From Octopus sinensis (Eukaryota): a stretch of DNA of 64,000 nucleotides. Shown one piece after another: positions 16,443 through 29,535 of the stretch. The position numbers and the translations under genes are program-made. The stretch's first letter is position 1; every line of letters begins with the position of its first letter. The stretch is taken from the NCBI RefSeq assembly GCF_006345805.1, contig NC_043013.1, forward strand, positions 6,262,001 to 6,326,000, given 5' to 3'. Under the pieces are notes generated by a model. The model was not told the origin of the DNA, searched no databases, and saw only the letters and a program-made list of their open reading frames with translations.

Positions 16443-16500
16443 CCAAATCTACTGACAAGGCTTTGGTCGGCCCGAAGTTATAATTGAAGATACTTGTTCC
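15735..16500 (-). mobile_element. SINE-A split by an insert (15970-16400) in its internal microsatellite
   Basis: 3' body at 15735-15940 and head-side segment at 16438-16500, both minus. Confidence 0.7.
15970..16400 (+). mobile_element. Penelope-like terminal-repeat relic with 5' foldback and hammerhead-like motif
   Basis: Foldback 15970-16113; CCGACGA-A-GAGC-TCC-GCTC-GAAACGTT at 16275-16301; flanked by (TA)n. Confidence 0.5.
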
Positions 16501-16599
16501 ATATACCACACTATTCCTCACTGGACAACAGTGTTTGTTAGACAATACTCTACAACCGAAACCTCATGCCTATACAACTTCACTTCAACAGTCAACATG

Positions 16600-16880
16600 T
16601 AATAATCGAAATCCCTGCATGACTTACCAAAAGTAATCATGTCTTCCTAAGACAGTAATATATCAATTAGTTGGCGATATCGAAAGGAATTACGCAAGAC
16701 TTACTGCGAACACTTTCAAAAGCCATTATCACTTGCATCTATATTAATTTCAATCAAGAAACGGGGAAACATTTCTGTTACAATTCGGCTGAGAATTTTG
16801 GGAACAAGAATCTGAATACCTCCAATAATATGGAACAGCGTCGATAAAGCCACTGCGAATTTCATCGGATTGCAAACTGT
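16600..16880 (+). mobile_element. Possible degenerate Penelope GIY-YIG fragment
   Basis: Weak peptide resemblance only (TYCEHFQK..., IPPIIWNSVDKATA). Confidence 0.25.
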
Positions 16881-17330
16881 TTGGTGGTCTAATGAAAAAA
16901 AAAAAAAGGAAGTTGTTGCGCATACATACATACTGACACACATCACTATCTTTTTCAAAGATTCGCTTCGTAGGTATATATATGATGTGTGTATGTGTGT
17001 GCGCCCACCACCTGTTTTCCCACATTAAATTTTGATATTGACGTAATTGACGCCATTTGAGAGAGTATTTGTAGAAAATTTCATAAAAAAATACCAAATA
17101 TTCTGAAAATTATGAGGAAACGCAGTCAACTTGGGTGAATTTCCTATAACTCTTCTCCTCACCCTTCAGACAAGTTTTCCACAGCAAATTTCGCTATAAT
17201 TGGTATCTACACTATCTGAAGCGTATATGTAGAAAATTTCTTTAAAAAAAATATCAATTTTTCTGAAAGTTATGAGGAAACACAATCGGAGGGATACACT
17301 TGCGTAGGTGTACCTATATATATATATATA

Positions 17331-17364
<34 letters not shown>

Positions 17365-17449
17365 TGAGGGAATAAAATCCCAACCTACAAGGAAAAACAA
17401 TTCAATTTAGAAATACTAAATCAAATTTCGCACAATATAATATATATAA

Positions 17450-17747
17450 AATATTAGAAAAAAACCCACCTTTTATCAATTCAAAATGAATAATTAAATT
17501 ACACCATCTAGAAAATTACATATAATAGAAAAGTTAAAATTAAAAAGTAAAGATTAAGTAAATTACAAGAATCATGTAATGTATATAATAGGTAGAAAAA
17601 CCTATTATATACATTACATTATTCTTGTAATTTACTTAATCTTTACTTTTTAATTGTTATTTTAATTTTAAATTTTCTATTATATGTAATTTTCTAGATG
17701 GTGTAATTTAATTATTCATTTTGAATTGATAAAAGGTGTTTTTTTTC

Positions 17748-17754
<7 letters not shown>
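17450..17754. repeat. Long AT-rich inverted repeat (~145-bp arms, 6-nt loop)
   Basis: 17450-17593 is the reverse complement of 17600-17754 apart from few substitutions and one short indel. Confidence 0.92.
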
Positions 17755-17801
<47 letters not shown>

Positions 17802-17879
17802 CCATGGATGTAGAGTCTCATTTATTCTATGGACGGTTCTCAATTGGGTTGCATATGATGAATGTAGCTCCAGTTTAAT

Positions 17880-18486
17880 CTAGCGCTGTACGACACAAAT
17901 ATATTGTGAATGCATGTCTTTTTTTTAGAGAATCTAACATGTGTTACTTCAATTACGATCCAGTAAGAGTTAGCACGGCGCAAGGGAGATCCAACGTGTG
18001 TGGTTCCTTTAATGACTATCCAACCTACGACATGTCTGCTTCAAAATTTATTGCTACCTGTTTATTTTTTTGTTTACTTTTCACGTATATTGCATTACTT
18101 TTGAGTTAAAAACAACAGAAAAACTAAAAACGAACTCGAGAGACCTCAGAATAGACATAGAGGAAAGAATGAAAAAGAAGAAAAAGGAAAATATAGAAAT
18201 ACACACACATTCATACATTATTTATAAGGAAAAATAAAGACAGCAGCGAAAGCAAAAGGTAAATTCTGATTAGCTAGAATATGTGGATTCCTTATTAAAG
18301 CAGTTATATGTGTCACCAAGAGATATTTTCAGTGAATCTCTAAGAGAATGGTAAAGAAAAGAACAAAAAAATACTTTGGAAACAAAACTTGGAATGGTTT
18401 TGCTGATTAATTAACGTCTGGGGGATTGTCTTGGTTTTTTTCTGCTTCGCTGTGTTGACGAAGATTACGCTGACTAAAAGGTAAGT
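17880..18486 (+). promoter_or_regulatory. Candidate CpG-retaining promoter / non-coding first exon ending at a consensus donor (AAG|GTAAGT at 18480/18481)
   Basis: Perfect 5' splice site in apparently non-repetitive sequence with many retained CpGs; no ORF support. Confidence 0.3.
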
Positions 18487-18671
18487 GACAATTATAACTT
18501 ATATAAGAAGGTTGATAGAGTGCAGACGAAGCTGGATACGACATACAAACCGCAGTGACGTTGGAGCTGGTTTGCAGCTTCGTAATTAGATGTACGACTA
18601 ACTGGCTTCATAGATTCATTGCACGAACGCGTTCACGTGCAACCCCCTCTCTCTCTCTTTCTGTCTGTCTG

Positions 18672-18705
<34 letters not shown>

Positions 18706-19532
18706 CCACATACACACATTTACACTCCCGCTCATCTACGTACAAACACGTATGCCTATAAACAGACATGCATGTCTACACAGACACACACACACACCAA
18801 TTTTTTTTCCTTCGGTCTACGCACATATACACGCTCAAATCATCCATCTACACACAAACACGTATATCTCTAAACATGCACATCTACATAAAAGCACACA
18901 CACACAGTCATTTACTTCAATCTGCCCATACACACAGAAAAGCACACATCTCATTTCTCTCTCAACGCACACACACACAAGCATGCACATATAATCCTTC
19001 ATTTCCCTCAACACACACACACATCGTTTTTCAATTCAACAACACGAAAAACATTGATAACGCTGAGTAATTCTTCACAGTTAAGTTCCCTCTCCAAGAA
19101 TTTCCAGTTACTTCTCCCAAGACAATTAGATTTCACACGTCCTTCCAAGGTGTTACCAATCAACAACAACAACAACAACAACAACAACAAAACATGAAGG
19201 GCCACACAACTGCCTTTGACTAAATATTTTTTCAATAAAATATACTCTTTTCAACAAATATGAGATCGGTTTTCCACGAAACACCAATATACACGGTGTC
19301 TATAAATTCCCTTTACAATTTGAAAAATAAAATGCAGAAAAAATGAAAATAAGGGTAATTCAGCAGAGTTTATTGGAAAACCGTGTGGTAAGAAGCTTGC
19401 TTCCCAACTACATGGTTCTGGGTTCAGTCCCACTGCATGCCACCTTGGGTGTCTTTTACTATATAGCCTTAGGTTTACCAAAACCTTGCAAGTGGATTTG
19501 GTAGACAAACACTGAAAGAAGACCATCATGAA

Positions 19533-20823
19533 CGAGGGACGTTCAATAAGTAATGCCCCTGACCTACTTGCAGTTGTTTTATCTAGCTGAAATTTTGCAT
19601 GTGCAATTATCTATATCTCTATAGATTAAGTGGCAAATTACAGCTCTGAACTAATTGTGGTTTCTGGTTTACAGGTGTTTGAACTGAGACAAGTGTGAAA
19701 TGGAGCCCGTTGAGTGTCGAGCAGTGATCCGGTTTTTGTATTTGAAAGGATGCACACCACGGGAGACTTTTGATGAAATGAAAGTAACTTATGGTGATGA
19801 TGCTCCATCATATGACCTTGTAAAACGCTGGCATCGTGAATTCAAACATGGTCGGAACTCTGTGGAAACAGCTCCCAGATCTGGTCGCCCCTTCTGCCAT
19901 TGATGAAGCATCTGTCCGTCAAGTTGAGGCTGCCATTTTGGAAGATCGACGCATAACTATTCGCCAAATAGCCCATGAGGTCAAGATTAGTACCGGGTCT
20001 GTGGAAACTATCATTCATGACCATTTGCATATGCAAAAGGTGTCTGCCAGAGGGATTCCCAGGTTGCTCACACCTTTCCAGAAGCAAGAACACGTTGAGT
20101 GCTCGAGGATGAATTTGGAGATGTGCCAAGAAGATGAGTCAAAAATTTTCAAAAGACTGATCACACAGGATGAAACCTGGGTCCACCACGATGATCCAGA
20201 GACCAAAGCCCAGTCAATGCAGTAGAAGCACCGTGACTCACCTCCTCCAAAGAAGGCAAGGGTGCAGCCCTCCGCTGACAAGGTTATGCTCACAGTCTTC
20301 TGGGACCAGGACGGAGTAGTGATGACAGATTTCCTGGCAAAGGGTACCACAATTGCAGGAGCCTATTATGCTTCACTTTTGAGGAAATTAAGAGAAGTTA
20401 TCAAAATCAAGAGGCGGGGCAAGATCAGCAAAGGCATCCTCCTCCTGCAGGACAACGCTACGGTCCACAACTCGCGTGTCGCCAGATCAGAAGCACAGGC
20501 GTATGGCTATGAACTCCTCCCCCATACCCCCTACTCTCCTGACCTTGCACCCTCTGATTTTCACCTCTTCCCAGCCATGATGTTGTTTTTGAAAGGAAAG
20601 CGTTTCCCAGATGATGCAGCCTTGATTTCTGAAGTCACGTCGTGGTTGGAGGACCAAGCTGGGGTCTTCTACAAAAACGGTCTCCAGAGCTGCATCAAAC
20701 GATGGGAGAAATGCGTAACTCTGGGTGGTTCCTGTGTAGAAAAAGACTAATAACTGTGCCAAGTTTCGTTGCTCTACTGCTATGGGAAGTGGGTCAGGGG
20801 CATTACTTATTGAACGTCCCTCG
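19533..20823 (+). mobile_element. Full-length mariner (DD34D), irritans-like, 1291 bp
   Basis: Perfect 32-bp TIRs CGAGGGACGTTCAATAAGTAATGCCCCTGACC (19533-19564 / 20792-20823); TA at right flank. Confidence 0.97.
19700..20750 (+). pseudogene. Mariner transposase pseudogene (~349 aa when repaired)
   Basis: DETW, QDNA, YSPDLAPSDFHLF; +1 base in the C-run at ~19888-19891 and TAG in place of W at 20223-20225. Confidence 0.93.
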
Positions 20824-20825
20824 TA

Positions 20826-21040
20826 TATCATCATCATCATTCGCCGTCTGCTTTTAAAGCTGCCATGGTTAGACTGCTTGACAAGAGCTGGTAAGGCCAA
20901 GGGGCCGCACCAGGTTTCACAGTCTTGTTTTGGTTTGGTTTCGACAGCTGGGTGCTCTTCCTAATGCCAACCACTTTACAGAGTGTATTGGGTGCTTTTT
21001 ACATGGCACCAGCACCAGTATTTTTTATGTGGCTCCTGGG
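20826..21040 (-). mobile_element. RTE 3'-end-derived element with (GAT)n tail
   Basis: Shares ...gccaaccact..gagtgt..gggtgcttttac block with other RTE-tail copies. Confidence 0.7.
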
Positions 21041-21066
21041 TTTTAGGATATCAATTTTGTTGTGAT

Positions 21067-21108
<42 letters not shown>

Positions 21109-21715
21109 GTGTGTGTGTGTATCTTTGTTCCCCACCACTGCTAGACAACCGATGCTGATGTGTTTATGTCCCCGTAACTTAGCAGTTCAGCAAAAGAGCC
21201 CGATAAAATAAGTACTAGGATTAAAAGACAAAGCCCTGTAGTTGATTTGTTCAACTAAAATTCTTCAAGGTGTTGCCCCAGCATGGCCGCAGTCTAATTA
21301 CTGAAGCAAATGAAAATAGTTTTAATTAGAAACATCAGAACACTTCCACATGGGCCCCATCGGTTGCAAGCAATTGGTGAGTTACCCCCTTTTTTGATTC
21401 TCTTTCCGAGTGTTTGAAATTGTAAAGGTAATTTATGGCCAGCCTGTTCCTTGGCTGTGTATTTAAAAACCTCACTTTGCAAACACATGACTTTGGGTTC
21501 ACTCCCACAGTATGGCATCTCAGGCAAGAGTCTTCTGTTATGGTCCAGGGTCAACCAATGCCTTGAGTGGATTTTATGGATGATGGAAACTGAAAGAAGC
21601 CTGTTGGATTTGTTTGTGTGTGTATACATATATACATACATACATATATATATATATATTACTCAAAGAAATTCCTACTTTGATTTTCACGTCTTATTTA
21701 CAATCTTATAATAAT

Positions 21716-22690
21716 ACTAGCATTAAAGACCCGTCGTTGCCGGGTCATAGTGCTAGTGCATGTATATATGTGTATATATATGTGTACATATTACATGTAC
21801 ATTTATATATATACATCTACACATAAAATACAAAATATATAACAGACTGGAATTGTTAGCCCGTCTCTTGTAATTTCGATCAATTGTATCTCGTCCCCCC
21901 TCTTGTATAGAAGTGTAGCTACAATCCAGCCTACCTCTACTTCGAGGGCATTTAAAATTTTTTTCCGGGACGTCCTACGTCCCAGATATAAAAGTGAAAA
22001 TAAAATATTTCCACTTTGCAAGTTCGAGTCGAGTACTCCCTTGCACGCTCCGTTGACTCGAACCTTCCTTCTATTGTGGCGAATTTACCGCCTCTGATTA
22101 GATACCTTTCATAGTCGCACCATACACTTTTCGAAGGTGCTTTCCTCCATGTGTTCAAATCTTTTTACTCTACATTGTATACTTTATAGACAATAGTCTT
22201 TCTTTAATTTAATTTTTTATTATCCATCTGGACTATTCCATTTCTGCACGCTAATTTTGTTTTTAATTTATTTCCATTCATGTGAAACCACTTATTCAAG
22301 TTCAAATAATTGATGCAATTTTATACTAATTGCTATTTTTACTTTTGTTATGTTACTATTGTATTATACTTTAGTTTGATTTTAATTATTACTTACTGCA
22401 TATAATTCAATTGTTATTATTATTTTTATTGTTAAAGTGAAAGCATCTGACATAAAATAGAGAAATATTTTTGTTTCACTTTTAACACGTAATACTGAAA
22501 TAGTAGAGAAGATATATTGCTATGGGATCGCTCTAGGCAAGAATTTGAACATTTTTTTGCCCATGAAACTACATGGACCCTAAGCAAGGGATGTGTAAAA
22601 TTTGAATGAAATTGGTTGTGTAGTTCTCAAGTTTTACGGAAACAGACAGACAGACAGACACACATTCTCAGTTTTATATATATAAAGATA
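21716..22690 (+). mobile_element. DINE-1/HINE-like non-autonomous Helentron, copy 1
   Basis: 5' hairpin ACTAGCA..GACCCG-tcgttgc-CGGGTC..TGCTAGT, subterminal (CAGA)n, TTTTATATAT end; second copy at 30860. Confidence 0.75.
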
Positions 22691-22879
22691 GAACATTTAT
22701 CATCGGTCTTAAATTTATTTTCGCCAGTGTACATAAATATTAGTACATAATACAATATTCCCATAAGCTATTATTTGCATGATAAAGTAAACGTTCTCCA
22801 GTCAATCGTTTTAATTCCTCATTACTAAATCATGCGGGAAGTCGAATTGTCAGTATACTTTAAGACAAATATCTGAAAT

Positions 22880-25800
22880 TTTATTTTAATTATTTTTTTT
22901 TAGAATTAATTTTTTTTTAATTAATTATTTTTAATTAATTTTTGTTTAATTAATATTTTTTAATTAATTATTTTTTTGATTAATTTTTTAATTAATTTTG
23001 TTTTAATAAAATTTTTTTCATTAATTTTTTAATTATTTGTTTTTAAATAATACTTAAAAATTTTTTTTAATTAATTTTTTTTTAATTAATTTTTTAATTA
23101 TTTATTTTGAATAATTTTTTTTAATTAATTTCTTTTTAATTAATGTTTTTCAAAGTAATTTCTTTTTTAATATTTTTCGGAAAACTTTTTAATTAATTTT
23201 TTTTTATTAATTATTTTTAAAAATTATTTATAAAAAAAATTTTTTTATTTAATTTTTTTTTTGTAATTGATTTTTTTAATTAATTTTTTTTAATTATTTA
23301 TTTTGAATATTTTTTAAAATTCATTTCTTAATTATTATTTTTTTAATTAATTTCTTTTTAATAAATGTTTTTTAAATTAATTTCTTTTAAATAATTTTTT
23401 TGAAAATTTTTTAATTAATTTTTTTAATAATATTTTTTAATTATTTTTTTGATAAATAATTTTTTAATTAATAATGTTCTAATAATTTTTTTTTCATTAA
23501 TTTTCTAATTATTTGTTTTTAAATAATACTTTAAAAAAATTTTTTTTTTAATAATTATTTTTTAATTAATTTTTTTAAATAATTTATTTTGAATATTTTT
23601 TTTAATTAATTTCTTTTTGATTAATGTTTTTTAAAGTAATTTTTTTAAATATTTTTTTTGGAAAATATTTTAATTAATTATTTTTTAAATAATTTATTTA
23701 TTTAATTTTTTTTTGTAATTGATTTTTTTTCAATTAATTTTTAAAAATTATTTATTTTGAATATTTTTTAAAATAATTTTTTTAATTAATTATGTTAATT
23801 TCTTTTTAATTAATTTTTTTTAATTAATTTCTTTTAAATAATTTTTTTAATTAATATTTTTTATTAATTTTTTAATTATTTTTAAAAATTATTTTATTTA
23901 ATTTTTTACTTAATTTTTTAAAATTCTATTTGGTAATTGATTTTTTTAATTAATTTTTTAAAATTTATATTTTTGTTGGTTAATTTTTTTCATTAATTTT
24001 TATATTAATTAATATTTTTCTTTTTATTAATTTGTTTTATTTAAATTTTTGTTAATTTTTTTAGATAATTTTTTAAATTTGTTTCTTTGTAATATTTTCA
24101 AATAATTTTCTTTTCATTAATCTTTTTAGAATTAATTTTTAAAAATTATTTAAAAAAAAATTTTTTTAATAATTTTTTTGAAATAGTTTTTTTTTCAATT
24201 AATTTTCCTTTTACTTGATTTTTTTTCATTATTTTTATAATTAATGTTTTTTAATAATTTGTTTTAAAATAATTTTTTTAATTAGTTTTTTTTAATTAAT
24301 TTTTTTTAGAATTAAATTTTCTTTATTTTTTTATTCATTTTTTTAACTAATTTTTTTTTAATTATTTAATATCTTTTTTCAATTGATTTTTTATTAAATT
24401 TTTTTAAAATAATTTCTTTAATAATTTTTTTTAATTAATCAAAATTTTTTTTTAATTTTCATTTAATTATTTAAAAAAAATTCTTTTGTAATTAATTATT
24501 TTTAATTAATTTTGTTTTGCAATTAATTTTTTTTAGAATTAAATTTTTAAAATTAAAAAAATTTTTTCAATTAATTTTTTTAATTAGTTTTTTAAAAATT
24601 ATTTTTTAATAATTTTTTTCTAATTAATTTTTTTTAATTAATATTTATGTAATTATTTTTTTAATGAAATTTTTTGTAATGAATTTTTTTAATTAAGTTT
24701 TTTTTAAAATTGTTTTTAAATTAACTTTTTTGGTGATAAAATTTTTTTTAATTAATTATGTTAATTTCTTTTTAATTAATTTTAATTGATGTTTTGATTA
24801 ATTTTTTGTTCTAATTTTAATTTTTTATTTTTTTAATTAATTTTCTTATTTATATTTCTTAAAATAATTTTTCAAAATTAATTTTTTAAAAGGATTTAAA
24901 AATTTTTTTTAGAAATAAATTTTTTTAATTTTTTTCATAAAATAATATTGTAATAAATTTTTTTTGTAATAAATTTTTTTAGAAATAAATTTTTTAAATT
25001 TTTTTCATAAAATAATATTGTAATAAATTTTTTTAATTAATTAAAAAAATTTTCTAAAATAAGTTTCTTTTAATTAATTTTTTTAATTAATTTTTTTTGG
25101 TAATTTTTAAAAATTAATTTTAATTAATGTTTTGATTAATTTTCTAAAATAATTTTCTTTCAATTATTTTTTTAAAATTCTTTTGTAATTATTTTTTTAA
25201 TTAATCTTTTTTGGTAATAAATTTTTTTAATTTTTTTCTAATTAATTTTTTTATTATTTCTTTTAATAATTGTTTTTAATTAATTAAAAAAATATTTATT
25301 TTTAAATAATTATCTTCTAATTATTTTTTTAAAAATTATTTTGTAATTAATTTTTTTTAATTAATTTTTTTTCAATTATTTTTTTTCAGAATTTTATTTT
25401 TATTATTTAAAAAAAATTTTTTTCAATTAAAGTTTTAATTAATTTTTAAAAATTATTTTAAAATTTTGTTTTGTAATTAATTTTTTAAAATTAATTCTTT
25501 TGTAATTAATTTTTTTTAATTGTTTTTAAATTGATTTTATAAAATTAATTTTTAAAAATTATTTTTTTCTTTTAATTAATTTTGTTTTAATGAATTTTTT
25601 TTTAAATAATATTTTTTAATTAATTTGTTTTGCAATTAATTTTTTTTAGAAATAAATTTTTAAAATTAAAAAAATTTTCTAAAATAATTTTCTTTCAATT
25701 ATTTTTTTAATTAGTTTTTTAAAAATTATTTTTTAATAATTTTTTTCTAATTAATTTTTTTTAATTAATATTTATGTAATTATTTTTTTAATTAATTTTT

Positions 25801-28557
25801 TTTTAATGAATTTTTTTAATTAAGTTTTTTTTAAAATTGTTTTTAAATTAACTTTTTGGTGATAAAATTTTTTAATTAATTATGTTAATTTCTTTTTAAT
25901 TAATTTTAATTGATGTTTTGATTAATTTTTTGTTCTAATTTAATTTTTTATTTTTTTAATTAATTTTCTTATTTATATTTCTTAAAATAATTTTTCAAAA
26001 TTAATTTTTTAAAAGGATTTAAAAATTTTTTTTAGAAATAAATTTTTTTAATTTTTTTCATAAAATAATATTGTAATAAATTTTTTTTGTAATAAATTTT
26101 TTTAGAAATAAATTTTTTAAATTTTTTTCATAAAATAATATTGTAATAAATTTTTTTTAATTAATTAAAAAAATTTTCTAAAATAAGTTTCTTTTAATTA
26201 ATTTTTTTTAATTAATTTTTTTTGGTAATTTTTAAAAAATTAATTTTAATTAATGTTTTGATTAATTTTCTAAAATAATTTTCTTTCAATTATTTTTTTA
26301 AAATTCTTTTGTAATTAATTTTTTTTAATTAATCTTTTTTGGTAATAAATTTTTTATTATTTTTTTAATTAATTTTTTTATTATTTCTTTTAATAATTGT
26401 TTTTAATTAATTAAAAAAATATTTATTTTTAAATAATTATCTTCTAATTATTTTTTTAAAAATTATTTTGTAATTAATTTTTTTAATTAATTTTTTTTCA
26501 ATTATTTTTTTTCAGAATTTTATTTTTATTATTTAAAAAAAATTTTTTTCAATTAAAGTTTTAATTAATTTTTAAAAAATTATTTTAAAATTTTGTTTTT
26601 GTAATTAATTTTTTAAAATTAATTCTTTTGTAATTAATTTTTTTTAATTGTTTTTAAATTGATTTTATAAAATTAATTTTTAAAAATTATTTTTTTCTTT
26701 TAATTAATTTTGTTTTAATGAATTTTTTTTTAAATAATATTTTTTAATTAATTTTTTTGCTATTTAATTATTTAATTTTTTGTTCATAATTTTTTTTAAT
26801 GAATTTTTTAAATTATTTTTTTTATTTAATATTTTCAAATGAAGCTTTTTGAAATAATTTAATTTAACAAAAAGTATTTTTGTAATAATTTTTTTAATTA
26901 ATGTTTTTGTGATTCATATTTTTAATTAATTTTTTCTAATTAATTTTTAACAATTGTTTTTTAATTTTTTTGTAATTGATTTTTTTAAAATTAATGTTTT
27001 TTAATTATTTTTTTAATTAAATTTTTTTAAATAATTTTTTTGAATTATTTTAAGAAAATTTTTTTTAAATTAATTTTTTGTTGAATTAATTTCTTTTAAA
27101 AATAATTTTTTAATTTCTTTTTAATCAAGTTTTTTAATTGATATTTTTAAATTTTTTGTTTTTTTAATTAATTTTTTTCTTAATCAATATTTTTTAATGA
27201 ATTTTTTTGAAAATTAATTTGTTTTTTATTTTTTTTATTTTATATTTATTTATATTTTTTATTTTTTGTTATTTAAATTTTTTAAAATAATTTTCTTCTT
27301 AATTTTTTTCCTAATTATTTTTTATTAAATATTTTTTTAATCAATTTTTTCAAGTAATTTTTTTGTTAATTAATTTTTTTTAATGAATTTTTTAAATTAT
27401 TTTTTTTATTTAATATTTTCAAATGAAGCTTTTTGAAATAATTTAATTTAACAAAAAGTATTTTTGTAATAATTTTTTTAATTAATGTTTTTGTGATTCA
27501 TATTTTTAATTAATTTTTTCTAATTAATTTTTAACAATTGTTTTTTAATTTTTTTGTAATTGATTTTTTTAAAAATTAATGTTTTTTAATTATTTTTTTA
27601 ATTAATTTTTTTAAATAATTTTTTTGAATTATTTTAAGAAAATTTTTTTTTAAATTAATTTTTTGTTGAATTAATTTCTTTAAAAATAATTTTTTTAATT
27701 TCTTTTTAATCAAGTTTTTTAATTGATATTTTTAAATTTTTGTTTTTTTAATTAATTTTTTTCTTAATCAATATTTTTTAATGAATTTTTTTGAAAATTA
27801 ATTTGTTTTTTATTTTTTTTATTTTATATTTATTTATATTTTTTATTTTTTGTTATTTAAATTTTTTAAAAATAATTTTCTTCTTAATTTTTTTCCTAAT
27901 TATTTTTTATTAAATATTTTTTTAATCAATTTTTTCAAGTAATTTTTTTGTTAATTAATTTTTTTAATGAATTTATTTTTCAATTAATTTTTATTTAATT
28001 AATGTTATATGAATTAATTTTTTTCTTAATTAGTATTTTTTAAATTAATTTTTTCAATTTAATTTGTTGATTAACTAAATTTTTTGTTAATTTTTTTTAA
28101 TTAAGTTTTTTTGGCAATTATATTTTTTAAAATAATTTTTTTAATTAATGTTTTTTTAATTAACTTTATTTCAAATAATTTTTTTAATTAATTTTTTAAA
28201 AATTAATTTGTTTTTCAGTTAATTTTTTTAAAATTATCTTTTTTAAAGAATTTTTTTAATTAATTCTTTTTTTTAAAGAATTTTTTTTAAAGAATTTTGT
28301 TTTCAATTAATTGAAAAAAAATTTTTTTTTAATATTTAAAAAATTTTTTTTTTAAATTATTTTTTTAATAAATTTTTTTTTAATGAATTAGTTTTGAATG
28401 AATTTTTTTTAATTAATTAAAAAAAAAATTTTTAATAATTTTTTAAAATAATTTCTTTTGTAATTAATTTTTTTTAATTAATTAAAAAAAAAATGTTTAA
28501 TAATTTTTTAAAATAATTTCTTTTGTAATTAATTTTTTTTAAATTAATTTTTTTTTA
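22880..28557. repeat. 5.7-kb extremely AT-rich, T-skewed low-complexity block with internal tandem duplications (~480, ~1125, ~584 bp)
   Basis: Rare G/C landmarks recur at fixed offsets (ggtgataaaa 24732/25858; cagaa 25387/26513; gaagc 26841/27425). Confidence 0.95.
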
Positions 28558-29248
28558 CCCACATATATAAAAAAAGTTCATCTTTGTGATTTCGAAGTTT
28601 CACCAGTGATTCTTGTGAAAGATTTTCAAATAACGTTAACCTTCAAATATAACTCAGTGCTCTATATCTTTCCAGTATGATTTTATATGATGACACATTC
28701 ACTCACACATGCATATACACGTACACACACTGATAATAGATATTTAACACAGAGCTCCATTTGGAGATCTGCTAAAAACAGTCTCACTGCCGGTTGTTCG
28801 TTGTGTTTAAAGTGAATTGCTTATGTATATTGCATTTGCAGAGGTGTGTTAATAGTTAATAGTTAAAGTTTGTCATTTTTAGCTGTGGCTAATTGTAGAG
28901 GACATTTTATGTCATAAATCGCAATTTTTGAACTACAAAAATATTGACTGTTTTGAAAACGTTTTTTGTTTTTACATTTCCTATCTATATCATTCATTGA
29001 TATTTCATACACATTTGCATTTGATACTATAGTTTCAAAAAAACTAAAATGTTTATTATTTCAGTTGAATAGAAAAAGATAAATATGCTTTTTTTTCAGC
29101 GATCGCTATTTGGGACTTCTTGAAATTATAATTTTCAAAATATTTGCCATGTGAAGAAAATTTAAATATATATATTATTCTAACTCCTAAGACATCTGGC
29201 AAAGTAAAAAAATATGAATAAAAGAACTTCGCAGTTAATGGGTTAAAC

Positions 29249-29535
29249 CAGTGCTACTCAAAGTGGTGGTCCACGGACCGGTGCTGGTCCGCGAGCCATC
29301 GTGACGAGTTTCCAGAAAAGAAAGTAACTTAACATGATTATAAAATGCTTATGTACTATTGTATTATTTGTTTACAAAATAAAATATAAGATGAAACAAA
29401 ATTGCTAACTTTAATTACATCCATTATATAATTGTCTCCGGTATAAATTAATATTACTAAGAAATATTATTGGTCCCAAGCACATTGGGAAAAAAAACTG
29501 CCGCTATGCCACATCAGATAGTTTGAGAGGCAGTG
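29249..29535. mobile_element. hAT (Charlie-like) MITE with 8-bp TSD
   Basis: Ends CAGTGCTACTCAAA / TTTGAGAGGCAGTG; GGTTAAAC at 29241-29248 and 29536-29543. Confidence 0.9.

Larger units (their letters stand above)
19376..21310 (+). mobile_element. SINE-A split by mariner and an RTE-tail element
   Basis: Head 19376-19530; (TG)n and 3' body 21070-21310. Confidence 0.75.

Noticed and set aside
20487-20900. 137-aa antisense ORF over the mariner (and other antisense ORFs over LINEs)
   Set aside because: Shadow of the transposase or RT frame.
29228-29246. piggyBac-like right end (gttaatgggTTAA)
   Set aside because: No matching left end found; the TTAA overlaps the hAT TSD.
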